Positions 1 through 14,420 of a stretch of DNA of 51,793 bases are shown in pieces. Position 1 is the first letter of the stretch. Each line of letters opens with the position of its first letter. Position numbers and translations under genes: made by a program. Source of the stretch: Catajapyx aquilonaris (Eukaryota); assembly GCA_000934665.2 (NCBI GenBank), contig KZ538722.1, positions 1-51,793 of the forward strand, in the 5' to 3' direction. Under the pieces are notes generated by a model. It was not told the DNA's origin. It searched no databases and saw only the letters and a program-made list of their open reading frames with translations.

Positions 1-3000
1 TCAATGCGAAATGTGCAGTTATATCTACGTTGGACCATTGGTCAGAACGATGAGGGAACATATGAAAATTTTAATGCTTTAAAAAAAAACTAAAACGGGA
101 TTAATTCAGATTTGAAGTATTTCCAATGCCTGAAGCACAGAGCCATCTGTAGGTGGCGTCCTTTTCATGCCATACGACCACAGCCATTTTCGACCCAATT
201 TAACCCGTCAAACCAAGCCTAAGGCCAGTCCTAGATTTTTTCCACTCTGAGTTAACACTCCCATAGGAAATCCTCTTTCTTTTTTTTCATATATTTTTCC
301 AATCTCCCCTAGAGGACAAAGGACAAACAGTCAGAAACTCCCCTTTGGCAACCTAGGGGTTGAAAATTTCCTTGTGCCCTCAAGATGGAGGGACGTTGAA
401 AGTAACATCAAGTTCTGGTGCCATTTGTTCTGAAACCAGGACTTGGCCTAAATCGAACTCTATTTCCATCTGGGATGGGTTCCTCGCTTACCATTGATCC
501 ATTTGACATCTAGTCTAAAGAAGACTTGGAGAAGGAGAGTTGACCCTTAAAATGGCGGACAGTTGGGAAGGAAGTCTGCTCCTGTCACGTTTCAAGGTTT
601 GTCCTGCCAAGGATTAGTGTCAACCCTGAGGTGTTATGGATGGGGGGGTTCCACACTTGGAATCACGATTCGTTCTCGAAGTTTCTTGGAGAGGGTTTTG
701 GCCATCTGCAGGGGCACTCAGTAATTAATCTGGATTTATGTGTGAAGCGTTACTTCCAAACAACGTCGTTTTAGAAGGATGAACGATGATGATCCAGATG
801 GGGTTTTTTGAAAAACGCTTATTTTTGTATTGGATAGTAATTTAGGAGGGGGTTTTATTAGTTGGACACGTGCGGGCTAATGAGGGGTGGATAAGTGCAA
901 ATTTTGGGCCGATTTAGAACATTGCATAATGGTCGATTCAGATTAGTGTTATGCAGATGTTGACGATTTTTGGTCAAGCTGCTTTTGAACAGCCACTTAA
1001 AGTCTGTCAGAAATTTGTAACTGCTACAAAAATATTAGGAACACATTGTACATCACATGTGATAAAAATGAAATGGGAACACTGCAGTTTAAAAGACTCA
1101 TCATGAATATTAGTGTTACAATAAGCTGACATTAATACATAAATGATGCTTAGGTTGACACTCAAGGCATGTAAATGTTACTATATGTCATCTAGATTTC
1201 ATTACTACATTTTACATTGGCTTCAGCTGAAAGGTTAGCAAATGGCAAAAAATTATTCCACTCGGTACGGCCTGGTGCTCAACAACTTTAATTTATTTAG
1301 TGCTCATTATGTACAGTAGGTAAATTACATCTCCATCGTTCCAACCGGAAAGGTTCTGCCGGATTCTGTAGAGTATAAACTATTCATTTAGAGCACTGTA
1401 CAATGAACAGTGTACATTGCAATCTAAAATTAAACATAATTATAGGGTGTGTCTATACGATTGAGACCTGTAAGGTGTGGTTTTAATTATAATCTTCTAC
1501 CGCTCTAAATATTAATGGATAATTCTTCTGGAACACCTTGTAGCCTACTTTTTGAGAACTTTCAGCAGAGTAAGGTTTTATTTGACCTTTAACCTTTCCT
1601 AAAATTCGCATATCAATTACTCAATCCGCCATTTTTAATCCCCACTCACAACAAAAGTTCCAACAATATTTCAACTTCCAAAAATTTAATCTATTTGCTA
1701 CCCCCTGTCTATCCCTGACAGTAATATCAAAAATCTTTTTTCCTTTTGGATAAGAAACGCACTTAGCCTCATTTTCAAAATTAATTGACGCGATTTTAAG
1801 CCGCCTTCTTAGAGTTGTGACATTCCCCTTCTTCATAGCCTCGTCTATAGCTTCAAGCGTGGAATCCAATTTGAGTCTATTGCATTGATTTTCATACCCT
1901 TTTCTTATAGTCACGCTGTTGTGGGGATTGTAGCCTTCCAAGAATAATATCTTAAGAAAAGGAAGCTGTAACACCTTGTACAAAGAGCGGTATTGCAGTA
2001 GGATTGAAATCAGTTTTTTATGGTTAGAAAAAAAGAAAAGCTGAAAGGCAGAGTTATTTGGGGCGAAAACCACTTTGCATTGGGTCCCTGCCAATACTTG
2101 TTTCGGCAGATCGGTCCTAGGGACAAAAAAAAAAGATCTTCCCAAAAAACTAGGGGTGGATAAGCGAACATTGATTTTTCAAGTTGCACAAACCCATCGG
2201 AAACAGAATGGTAAGCTGAGTTTGACAGCAAAATGTCTGCATAATAAGGGGGGGGGGGTTTCATACAGGAATGTGGGCCATCTTTATGCTTGAAGAGTCG
2301 AAAATTTGGCCGAAAAATATTTAGCAAATTTTTTAGACCGAAATAATACAAAAATATTAAGAAAATCATATGTGCGCGTTTGTTCCCGTCTCAACATTAT
2401 CTATAGTTAGCGACCCTCCCACAACGCGTCGCTCTGTCTGGAAATACCATCCGTATTTTGACCTCTCATCCTGACCATACCGTTGACCTCTCCTACAAAC
2501 GAACACCACCATCTGAGTCAGCATTTCCCCCCCTCTTCTACCGTCCAACTTGCAGTGCATTGTCCCCTTTAAGATCCTACCAAAAAATTCATCGCATCTT
2601 CGGGTCACTAGTAACGGTCAACCGTTATGAGGACAAGTTACGACCGGAAAGGAACCAGGGGGAAACCGCATAGTAAATCAGACCAGGCTGACTCAATATG
2701 GCCGAAAAATACCCCCATGCACTTAGGATCCCCCCCTAATTGCGCCTGGTCACCCCCCCCTCCCCTTCAAGCTCTTCATGATGGCCACCCCCTCACCACA
2801 TATACAAGCGCCATTAGACAAACTGCCCGATAGAAAAGTTTTGGAAACAGGGGGAGATAAAAGTGGTGTATAAAAGTGGATAAAGGATGGGTATGCGTGG
2901 TTAACGGTTGGGTTGCGGGTAACGGTTCTTTCTTTGTTTTATGTTTTAGAATGATGGTATCGATACTGTGCGCACAGGTCGTGAGTGTAAATCTCGGTGT

Positions 3001-4624
3001 TTAATGCGAAATTTCTGCGTTTATGGAGTAATAGTAATTAGTGTTAGGTGCATGACATTATTTTTGAAGCTTCCAAATAGGACCTGGTCCCCCCCCCCCC
3101 AAAAAAAAAATGTATGTCTATATGTGACGATACCAATAGTTCGGATTAAACACTTAGATTATAATCATCTCATATCATTGTATCTAATTACAACTTGTAA
3201 AATTTAATTAAACTCAATATCGCCTTTTACTTCCATATTTATGAGACCACCTATCACACGGTTAGTGATTAATGAATCACGCTCTGAACCCAGCAATGCA
3301 GCTTAATCCCCTCGAAATAAACAAGGGCATATTTTTTCCCCGGGTTAAAAATTCCGGGGACATCCAACCAATAAAAATAATGCCATTTATCAGAGCTTTC
3401 ATCTATGGGAATAAAAATTAGCCTCGGGTATGCAAAATTTATCCCCCTAGGTTTTTGAAAAATTTATACTGGACCCTCTAGGGCTCTTGATCGATTCTAT
3501 AATAAAAAAAATTGTCCCGCTTTCACAAACACTGTAATTAATTGTGTAACCCTCCCCTCTCATATCCATACTGACCCTCGACCGAACCTATGGCATGTCC
3601 TGAAAAAAAAACTATTAATTATGCCAGATGAAATTATGGATAATGAGGCTGAATTGGGTACGTCAAATCTTCAAAAAAAGAACCGACCACTAATCGCTTC
3701 ATTCAACCAATAAATCCATACGTAGCGGTTTTGCTATTTAAAGCTGGATAGATTTTCATAGTCATAGATGATCATAGATTTTTTTTTGAGCAGATGAAAA
3801 ACGTGTAGATATCATCATGTGTGATTTACATATTTTCTACAGTTCAACAGTATGAAAATTGTTATGCTGATACTGCATAAGTGCATATTTTTGCCAATTT
3901 TGCTATTGTTGCGAAATAGTTCAAAAATACTATTTTCTGAATACCAGTATCTTTTTTTTATATAAATAATCCCCTACAAAAAAAATTGCAAAAAAAAAAC
4001 TACCCAACGACACGTGTCTGATCACAACTTTGGTCCTAATTCGTACTGATCCAACAACAATCGTGTCATTGTTGGGTGGGTCTGAGGCTAGAATATTGTA
4101 GGAGTTATATATAAAAACGCAACCAATTTTCTGAGTAGAAGCTTCCACCCCCTAGTGCCGATATCAGACGCGAAGATTTATGGTATACTTTATTAGAGAA
4201 AGAGAGAGAAGATGGTGAGGGGGGGAAGGCGGGGAGGATGGGTAGGGGGAGGAATCTTCTTCCCTTTATTGAAGGAGTTTCCAGGTAATATTGAACACCT
4301 TCTGGAAAGTCTTAGTTTTCAGCGAGGCTGAGCACGTTTCGCATGACAGTTTGAGCCAAGGGAATGTGCTGGCGGGGAGGGGGGGGGGAATGAAAAAGGG
4401 GAGGTTGTGGGGAGGAAGCCATATTTTCCTCTACCCACACCTTCTCCCGCCTCAAAACCCGCTGTTGGTTAGAAAAACGTCAATTAGAGAAACTCTGCTG
4501 TTGGAAATTACGAAACGACAGAAATTTTTATTGAGATTGATTGGAACAATGTGCAAATATTGTTGACAACAGTGTAATTATTATATGCGAAATGTATGTG
4601 AAATAATGTGATAATTTGTTTAAG

Positions 4625-5100
4625 GGATAATTTGGAACACGTTTTGCGAGACATTTGTAACACGTTTTTGGACGAAATTGAGAATACGTTTATTTAGAAC
4701 ACATTTTGTCCGAAATTTGGAACAGATTTTTGAGAGGAAATTTGAAACGCAATTTGGAGAAAATTTGAACCATTTTTATGACAAAATTAAGACTACATTT
4801 CGGACATAATATTTTAGAGGAAATCTGGAACACATTTTGGACAAAATTAAGACCAAATTTTGCACAAAATTTGAGGACTTTGGAACACATTTAGGACGTA
4901 CTTTAGACCACATTTTTGAACAATTTTGAACACATTTATGGAACGAAATTTGAAAGACAATTAGGAGAAAATTTGGACCATCTTTCCGACAAGAACACAT
5001 TTTGGAGGAAATTTGGAACATATTTTGGGCGAAAATGTAGACCATATTTTGGAGCACAATTTTGATAATATTAAGACGTTTTGGACAAAATTTGGAACCG
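4625..5100. repeat. Degenerate minisatellite (AAATTTGGAACACATTTT-like units)
   Basis: Recurrent tttggaacacatttt / gacaaaatt motifs. Confidence 0.75.
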
Positions 5101-6711
5101 CCAAGAACTATTGAGAGGCAGAATCTTCCCTTCTTTTTGTAACAACTAAAATTGAAACATGCTGTAACAATTTAGATCAACAATAGCTCTTTCCCCTCCT
5201 CCTCCTCCTCCTCCTTCAAAAAATTGATTCAAAAGTTTTGTGCTCCCCCATTCAGATTAAATTGGTCTGGAGAGAGGGGGAAGAGATATATCCCCTGACA
5301 TATAAGATAGACATGGGTAGGGAGAGGAAAATGTCGATATCTTCCCCCTTCTTAATATTCTTCTTCAGAAAATAATTTTTTTTGAGATCCCGGAAATTTT
5401 ATTTTCCTCTAAGCGGTCTTGTTCCTCGTCGCCATTTTATGTTACACTTTTTTTGGAAGTTTACAATCGTAGGGGGAGGGAGAGGAATGAAATATTGCTC
5501 TGATGAATGCTTTCCTGCTTTGCAAATTTATCTGGCCTGGGGATAGTGGGGAGGGGAGGAGATGGGGGGAAGGCGGGGATTCGCTTGTGTCCGCTTTATC
5601 ACGACTAATGACGAGAAGAGACCCGCCAGGAAGCTCTTCATCATTAGCTGTGGGTTTCCCTCGTGGCCATTTCGCATCATTGTTGTCCCCCCCACCTCCC
5701 TCTTTCTTTTTTCCAAAAAAACCCACCCCCCGCTGCCTACTCCCTGTGGGCTTGTTCGCACAAAGGGCACCGGAGCTTTTGGCTATATTTTTCCCAGCTC
5801 AGATGTGTTATGGTGATTTTTTTTCATAGCTGCTAATTAGGCGGGTGGGTCGGAATGAAGTTTTTTGAAGTTTGTAGCGATTTAAGAAGCATTTTTTAAA
5901 AAATTACTTAAGATTTACTAATTCACTGAACAATTTGCCAAAATGTATAGGTATTAACTTTTAATATCTTTTGACACCACTCCCAACGTTTTAGGCCTAA
6001 CCGGTCGCGATGTTCCCAAAGTGTCCCATTAGTTCCCTTACCGTCCGTTCGGTGTCGCTCAAACCCTTTTACCTGAACGCCACTGTCTCACCTAACTTTT
6101 TGGATGATCCAGGGCCTTCTACCAAGCCCGTTTTGCAGCCGGCAAAGACCTTTTGTGGGCAAGCATCCTCTTTTGAGACGGGGGGAATCAGCAGTTGAAA
6201 ATCCCTCCCCCGCTTTCCCCTACCTCCCCCACCTCCCAATATATATATCCCGCCTCGCAGAAGCTGGCAAAGCAATTTCCGGGAATCCCCCCGCGTCTCA
6301 AAATAGTCGGCCCTTAGCCAGCAGATAGAGAGTTTGGGGTTGGGTGGGGTTGTGTCTGGATGGGTGGTGGGTATGGGTGGGCTCCTGGACCTTATCTGGC
6401 CAGCTACGCCATTGATCTCAGCTCCTTCCATCCTCCCCCCTTCAAAACCCTTAAAAGGACGGAGCTGCCAAGTGACCAAAGAGTGTCAGGAAGACACGAT
6501 GGTGAAGGTTGTGAGGAAAAGCGAGAGAGGGAGCCACCTTTAATGCGGAGATAAGGGCTTTTTTGGATGCCTTTCAGTAGCTTGCTTAATGGCGTCTATT
6601 GATAATGGGGGAACTAGCCTGGTGATAGTGAGAGGGGGGTAAATTTTTTGGAAAGTGATGGAAGAGGGGAGGGATGATGTAAAATGGACAAACAAACAAA
6701 CAACCTGTGTA

Positions 6712-7423
6712 CTACTACGCTCGGCTCCATTGCGAGCTTTCGCCCTTTTGGCATCCCTACCCGTTGGCACTACATTTGGGATTGGTATTACTGGAGCGAA
6801 GGTAGCGACGTCATCCGCAGAAGTAAGAAGTACACAATACCCAAGTGGTTAGCAACTCCCCAAAAAAGCGTACACCAGATCCTGGAACCCGTAGGTTCCA
6901 CCCAGTTCCAAGCCGGTTCCACCCGGTTCCACCCGGTTCCATCCGGTTCCATCCGGTTCTAAGCCGGTTCCACCTGGTTCCTTGGCCAGGGTGTACACCG
7001 GTTTCAGGGAGTTGCTAACCCCTTGCCAATACCATTGAAAACCGCTTTTACGGCAAGTACTACTCTTGGCCAGGTGGCGTGATGGCCGGCCGAAGCGGAC
7101 GGGTGACGGAGGGGAGTTCAGTGGTTGGGGCGATGGTGGCGCTAATCTGGTGGAGGATCTGGTTTTCGGCCGTAACTCGAAAACGGTGGCGAAATGTCAA
7201 ATTATGAGCATTTTTCGCTTCCGAATTGTCGGAGAGAGCTTTGTAACGAGACATCTCCCGACCCGCTACGACGTATGGAAGACCTTTTCTATCCTCCGAT
7301 ATCATCCTAGGTCAGGGTTTGGACTAGCAGCAAAGCTCGTTCTTCGCACAGCGTATTTCAATGGCTTGATTTTGCTGCCATGGACAAACAAACAAACTTT
7401 CACTTATACTTGTATATGTAAGA
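6712..7423 (-). mobile_element. Possible non-autonomous Helitron-like element
   Basis: The minus strand starts A|TCTTACATATACAAGTATAAGTGAAAGTTTGTTTGTTTGTCC, i.e. a TC start plus (TTTG)n as in arthropod non-autonomous Helitrons. It ends with a short GC hairpin (GCGAAAGCTCGC) and ...GTAG|T. Confidence 0.4.
6847..7020. mobile_element. Small MITE-like insert with 14-bp inverted repeats and an internal 10-bp tandem array
   Basis: GGTTAGCAACTCCC (6847-6860) and GGGAGTTGCTAACC (7007-7020) flank about 9 copies of a CCGGTTCCAN-like unit. Confidence 0.6.
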
Positions 7424-9759
7424 TTTAGCTGGACCATGAATTTGGCCATGTCTTTACCAAGCTTTTACCTCACACTTTGCTTCCCTACCTTGTATGATTA
7501 CCTGCATATGAGCTAATGCAAATGAAAACGTGCGAGGAGGGCCAGCAGGACATTGTCCCGGACGTGGTGTCCATGTTGGGGGAGGAAGGGAATAGCACGT
7601 ACTAATCTCTGACAGAGCAGGCCCCTCCCTCCCTCGAAATGAATTCCATTAGCAGAGGCTAAAAAGACTTTCATAAAAGCATCCAGGCTGGACAAATAAA
7701 ATCCCGCTTTGCTGTGGATTCATATAAGGAATCCCTAAGGTGAGGCGGCAATTTTTGATCCGTCCTAAGGAACCTCCATTTTGTACTAATGGCTTTTAAA
7801 AAATTAAATGGGGGACAACTAGTTGGTCTGAATAGTGTTATTAAAATTAGTAGCGACATATAATATTTTAAACTAATTTTAGTAGTACTTTTAGCAAATC
7901 CAAGATGGCCACCCTACAGTTTAGTAAGATATTTAGTGAATAAATAGTAAGTAGAGCCACTTATCAGTCTCAGTCTGGTTCTATGATTTAGCATAATCGA
8001 TATGGGCGCCACTGTAATGTCCCGGCAAGCACTTTGAGATTTCAATTTTGCAAAAACTTTGCAACCCATCTCATCAAGGCAAGTGGGCGGAAATGGCCAG
8101 TAATTAAAACGTCTCCTGGTTTGACCCCAACCAGCACACGCTCCACACATGCAAAGGCTTGTATCAGCCGCCATCTTGGGTCAGTGTCTGAGCCAGAACC
8201 ATGATTATTTCCTAGACTGACATTTTAATTAAGCCCCCCCCCTCCCACCTACCCGCCTACTCTTTAAGAAAATTAGATGAGCAATCTTTAAAATAATTTT
8301 ATAACTATATTAGGGATGGTAACGCCCCCACATGTCACATCCTGTAGTGTGGAAGAAGATATCTGGCAACATTGGGCTAGAGGTGATCCATCACTGGAGG
8401 GTGCGATCCATCACGTGCTACTTCTGCTCTCGTCATTTGTGTTGGACCAACTTAATCACTTTTTAGTCAGGTTATTAACGGTGCGGATGAGATGGGTTGG
8501 AGGAAGAGTCTAACGTCAGTGTTGGTGACAAACATGACGTATGTGGATGCGAAAATTAAATTTAGAAAAAAGAAGTTGTTATATATTCGGATGTTTAAGT
8601 CGTCAGCCAATCACGTGAAGATGATCGTTGGCTGCGACCAATGGTCTGGAAGTGTTTCAGAATTCGTACCAATCACATGAAGGGATTTGTGGCTGCAACC
8701 AATTATGAGAAAGCACTAGTTTTCGTAAATAGCAGCGATAGCAATATTAGTGATTTGCTCTAAGCAACAGTTATTTTCAAATTATTCAGATTCGATGAAT
8801 ATTTTTACGGTAGATATTACTCGTCAAACAACATGGAATAGTCCACGTGCACTTTCTATCAGATTATTTTTTGTAAACGAGCAAAAACCTATCTATTGTC
8901 TGACAACCGCTTCTTTTAAACCCGATATTGTTGATCCAGCAACAATAAAAAATTCGTCTCATCCGTCCCATTTTCCTGAAACGTCACGCACGTTTTGTCA
9001 ACTTGCAAAGAAGCGTGACTGAAACGCCTCTGTTATCTTGATCTTACGCCTTACAAGCCTGAGAAAATTTGGTAGGGGGTTAAGGGTAATTTTTAACCTC
9101 TCCCCCCCACCTGTCCTCCACTCCCAAAAAGTAGGGGATGGAGTAGACCACTGAGGAGGTAGGGGTCTCATCACTCCTTACGTTAAGCTCACCTGTTTCC
9201 TCTAAAAAAAACCTAGGGTATCTCCAAACTCTGAACAATGAGAAATGTGAAGGGCACTTTATACCCTCCCCTCCCTTCCCCTCTTCTTCCCCTCTCCTCC
9301 CTACCCCTACTACAGTTGATAAATCCCACTTTGCCCCCACAGCGCACTAAGGCTTTCCTATAGACAAATCGACCAAAGGCGTTTCCATCCCCTCGATTTA
9401 TGTCCGCTTATCGACATCGATAGTTGAGTTAGCCTCCCCCCTCCTTCCCACACCTTCCCTCCCTCCCCTTCGTTTTTGTAACAATGGAAGCCAGGGAGTG
9501 ATTAAAAGGTGTTTTGGGTAGAACTCAATTTGTGGGGATAGGATGTTCAACACACCCAGATTGCTATAGAAGACTATAAACTGCAGCTTTAAGTCGTTCT
9601 TAACAAAAGTAGCTGCTATATAGGATGTGTCTCCATTAAATAACAGCTACTTGAATCCATGTAGGAGTTAAAATATCAGCTAAGAAAATTAATAAAAAAT
9701 TAATTTCAACAACAGTTATGCGAATCAAAGTAATTTTGATAGCAGATGAGTTATTAGTT

Positions 9760-10490
9760 GTGGCATTTTATCAGTTATTTCTGTCAGTTATATCAGTTAG
9801 TTATATTGCCACGATTTTTAGTTTTATCAGTTACTTAATCACAGTTATTAGTTGTGATTAATTTTATTAGTTAGTTGTATTATTATTAGTCTTTATTCTT
9901 TCATTCGTTGTTATTAATTTTATTAGATAATTTTTATTTTCGTAGGTTTTTTGCTTGTTATTTTTTATTTTAGTAGTTATTACGGGGAGACGGAGTGGCG
10001 CCGCGGTAACGCGCGCGCCCACGGAAGTTAAGGTCCCGGGTTCAATCCCCACCCGGGGTTCCCACCTTCTTTCGTGCAGAGTTGGGCCATCTCTGGCTTC
10101 GTTTCGGGTGGCAATTTCCGGCAGACTAAGCCACCCGGGGGAGTTCACAAAATGACGATTAGAGACATTGCACTTGCACTTTGNAAAGGTGGCAACCCCT
10201 CCCCCCTCCCCCCCCCCCCTAAGGAGTAGTATAACTCCCCCCCGTGGGGTAATGAAAAAAAATTAGTAGTTATTTGTATTGGTTATTTTTATTAGTTATT
10301 TGTTTTAGTAGTTACTACTAATATTTATTAATTATTATCTCCATTAGTTATTGTTATTTTATTGGTTACTTTATTTGGAATATTAGTTGTTATTTTAATG
10401 GTTATTTATTAGGTTTATTAGATGTTTTTGTTATTTTATTAGTTATTTATTATGTTTATTTAGTCAGTTAGTTATTAATTGCTTATTTTA
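9760..10490. repeat. Low-complexity (TTATTAG/TTAGTTA)n tract interrupted by the SINE
   Basis: T/A-rich degenerate simple repeats lie on both sides of 9984-10250. Confidence 0.7.
9984..10183 (+). mobile_element. tRNA-derived SINE
   Basis: Pol III A box (TGGCGCCGCGG) and B box (GGTTCAATCC) are followed by a non-tRNA body, which also occurs on the minus strand at about 38060-38230. Confidence 0.75.
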
Positions 10491-11098
10491 GTCGCCGTCA
10501 TTTTGTTCACTGCTAATTAGTCATAGCAGGTAATGTAGCATGTCAAAAGTAGTCGTTACTTGTCTCTGGTATGATACAAAGTTGTTAAAGTAGCAGTTAC
10601 TTCACTTCTGCAGTAGTGTAGTTGGCGCTAACGTTACATTTTTATTGAGAACAAAATTTAGACCCAGGCACAGAAAAAAAAAACAGTTTAACAATAAGCA
10701 AGTTATGAAGACACCCAGGGCCTTTTCAATCGGTTGCAGGAGTACACAATGCCCCTCTCTCCATTGTTGTATTCTCCACACCTCACCTTTTTGTCCGGGT
10801 CCTGCTGGGCCAGGGGGTCCATGTGCCGTTACATTTATGCCCATCCATAATAGATGATTAAATAATGGGCGTGATGCGAGGTATATGTGCGGAGGGACTA
10901 GTACGGGTACTGTCCTGGGCTTTTAAAAGCGTCAATGCAAATGTGTGTGCACTAAGCATGCTTCATCCCTATTGGCCCATTTGCGTGACCATGACACTAA
11001 TCCATGTACCCTCATGTTACACCGGATGCCCCAAATGTATTTTAGCAAACCCGGAACATGCTGTTTAGATGGTAAAAATCGCTGGTTGTTTAATTAGA

Positions 11099-11270
11099 AA
11101 ATCCAAGATGGCTGCCTCCATAAATCCAAGATGGCCGCTTCCATAAATCCAAGATGGCTGCCTCCATAAGAAATCTAAGGTGGCTACCTCCATTAGAAAG
11201 CCAAGATGGCCGCTTTTATTTAAAAAATACAAGATGGCTGCCCACATAAGATCCAAGATGGCCGCCATTT
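11099..11270. repeat. Tandem array of ~7 x 23-30-bp units containing AATCCAAGATGGC(T/C)GCC
   Basis: Units are visible at about 11101, 11124, 11147, 11173, 11200, 11229 and 11251. Confidence 0.85.
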
Positions 11271-12094
11271 GTTTGAAAATGGCTCCAAACCATCTCAATT
11301 CGTTATCAAATCAGTCCAAAAAGTTATGCCTTTTCGATTTTTGAACAATGCGACTTTATCTGCAAGCATCCAGTGAGTTTAACAATGTCGCTTCTGCTGA
11401 CAGCATCGAAAGGGCAGGTTTATACTGTGTGGAGGGTATGGTTGATCCGATTGAGGATTTTCATTGCTTAAAGCCCTTTCGGTTCGCAGGATCCAACGTC
11501 CTCTTTTATTATGTGACGTTTGGGATGGGAAGGGGTAGAGAGGCTAGGGGAAAATCCGAATGAGTTTTGGGATCGATCTGGAGGGGATTTGACTTTGTGG
11601 GTTGCCGAATAAGATCATAATGCTCCAAAAAGAGGTGCTGGACCGTTGAATAGAGTGTCATAAGGCAATTTCAGTACATATATATGACATATCCTGCATA
11701 TCCTGCATGGTTGGATATCACTTCAAAGGACACACTGTAAGTGAATGTCGCTTATGGTCCTGAAATAATTTATTTATCATGTCCACTGAGTTTCAGGACT
11801 GGTTTAAAACGGGTTAAAAACGGGAGGTCATTAGCTCGCTCGTTAAAGTATTCAGCCACATGTATACTATACGGCATAAAACTAATCTACCCTGCAGCAT
11901 TTGAAAATTTTCCAGGAAAAAATAGCGTATGGGAATTCACATTCCAGCTAGCAGGTTATGATGCACCAAACTATGAATTTTTATATGAAAAATGTTTTGA
12001 GCATTGGGCCAGATTACTGCAATGCACTTTGTTACACACGTTAATTACACATTTATATCGTCGTATTATGCCCTGCTTTATTTTTGGACCCAGT

Positions 12095-12675
12095 ACTCAA
12101 TTTACACTCAAATTTTACTCAATTTAAACTCAATCTTTACGCAATTTAAACTCAATCTTTACGCAATATAAACTCGATCTTTATTCTCAATTTTAACTAT
12201 AATTTTACTCAATCTTTATTCAATTTTAACTCAAAACTATTCTTAATTTTAACTATAATTTTACTCAACTTATAGTTCAATTTTTGTTCCATTTTATCTA
12301 ATCTTTTAAGTCAAAATTTATTCAATTAAACTCAACATTTATTCAACTTAACTTAAACTCAAAATATTCCTCATTTAAACTCAAATTATACTCAATAAAT
12401 TTCGAGTTCAATTTTATGCCACAATTTTACCTAACATTTTAAGTCTAATTTCACGCAATTAAACAAAAAAATTGTTCAATTTTAACTCAAATTATTCGTG
12501 ATTTTAACTCAATATATCACGTAAGGGTGTAAGTTTAAGTTGGCTCAATTTGTACCTAAGAATTTATTCAATTAAACTCAAAATTCATTCAATTTAAACT
12601 CAAATTATTCGTGATTTTAACTCAAATTTTTTGCTCCATTTTACACCTAAGGTTTTAAGTTTAATTTTACTCAGT
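12095..12675. repeat. AT-rich minisatellite (TTTAAACTCAA / TTTTACTCAA units)
   Basis: Many degenerate ~11/22-bp units. Confidence 0.8.
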
Positions 12676-13609
12676 TTGCAAATTTACAAATATTTTGTAA
12701 ATTTGTCGAATCAAGCATTTCGATATATCTGATCTTACCAGCACAACGAGCGAAAGACCATCGACATCCATGTAGAACCGAGCATCCAAAAATATCTGGC
12801 TCCCACATTTTATCAAAAACCGGTTCCAGCACCAAATAGACCGTACTGTTAACCGGCCGTAGTTTAATTAAGCAATCACACACGCTTCCTAGTTTGCTTT
12901 TGGAACCCGCTGATGCGACAAGGATGAATCCCGAAGCCCTCTCTCCGACAACACTATGATAATTTTCATACTCCCCCCCCCCCCACCCCTCCCACCCCAT
13001 GCTACTCTCGACACAACAGTTGATCGATGAGCGATTGATTGCGACACTGGGAATTCAGCCCCCCCCTCCCAACCCCCACCCCATCCTGAATTTTTAACCT
13101 GCATTTGCACTGACGGCGTTGACGTAAATCAAATGGAAGCAGTCGTTAATGTCGGTCTGACGTTGGATTTACTATTATCGTCGACAGTGTTTTTTCCCCA
13201 GCCCTGCTACAATTTTTCTGCCACGAGCTAAAACAGGTTATAATACAAACAATGCTGGATTATTTTTACCAAGTTTTATAATACTTGTAAATCATGGCCA
13301 CGCCTTTTTTTTGAACGAAAAAAAAAGTGGCGTATCTCGCTACACTGTGGTTATCTCTGGTTGGGTGTTGGTGTAGTACGGTTGGAAGCACGGAATGCCC
13401 CTGGGATAGTGGTGTGGCCAAATGGCTATTTCATAGTCTGCAAAAACAATGTGGGAGGTCCAGACATACGCCAGGACATGTGAAGTTGGCGAATTTTCTG
13501 CACTTACAAATCACAACTACGAAAGCTGCCCCCAACGGGCGGGGCCCATGTACCCATATAAAACGGGGTATGTTGAATAAATAAATAAATAACCAAATAA
13601 AGAAATAAA

Positions 13610-14420
13610 CTACGAGAACTGCTATTCATACTGCTCTAAAATAACTGCTATTCATAGTGTTACGAATAACTGCTATTTGTGTCGTAAGAAATAACTACTC
13701 TTGACATTGCTAGAAAATAACTGTTATTCATTCCGTTCTATAAATAGCTGTTATTCCTACTGTTATAAGGATAACAGCTATTAGTGTGGCTATAAATAAC
13801 TGCTATTCATATTTACATAAAATAACTGCTGTTAATGCTGTTCTAAATTAACTGCTATTCATACTTCTATAAAAACTGCTATGAATAACTACAAATCATG
13901 GATATTTATGGAATAAATGCTATTCACACTGCTTTAAAAGAACTGTGATTCATATTGTTATAAATAACTGCTATTTGTGTCGTAAGAAATAACTACTATA
14001 AGTAACTACTATTCGTATTTCTATAGAAAATATGCTATTCACACTGCTCTAAACACTGTTACTCATGCTGTTCTAAAAACTGTTACTCATGCTGTTCTAA
14101 AAACTGTTACTCATACTGTTCTAAAAACTGTTACTCATACTGTTCTAAAATAACCTCTATTAACATTGCTATAAAATATCTGTTATTCGTGCTGTTCTAA
14201 AATATCTGTTAGTCGTAGTATTCTAAAATATCTGTTATTCGTAGTATTCTAAAATATCTGTTATTCGTAGTATTCTAAAATATCTGTTATTCGGAGTATT
14301 CTAAAATGTGTTATTCGTAATGTTCTAAAAACTTATTCATGCTTCTATAAATAACTGATACAAATAACTACTATTAATATTTCTATGGAATATATGCTAT
14401 TAGTGTTGCTATAAATTAAC
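13610..14420. repeat. ~25-bp minisatellite (AAATAACTGCTATTCATACTGTTCT-like)
   Basis: Dozens of units, with near-perfect sub-arrays at about 14055-14150 and 14200-14310. Confidence 0.85.

Noticed and set aside
1441..1542. Possible mariner-type MITE relic (TATAGGGTGT ... ACACCTTGTA)
   Set aside because: The inverted repeats are too short and degenerate to support.
1621..2145. 174-aa minus-strand ORF
   Set aside because: No recognisable domain, homopolymer-driven composition and no splice support.
9984..10060. Functional tRNA gene
   Set aside because: A and B boxes are present, but there is no proper acceptor stem, and the downstream body is shared with a second dispersed copy, so it is a SINE.
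13610..14420. CRISPR-like array
   Set aside because: Eukaryotic context, with head-to-tail degenerate units and no unique spacers.
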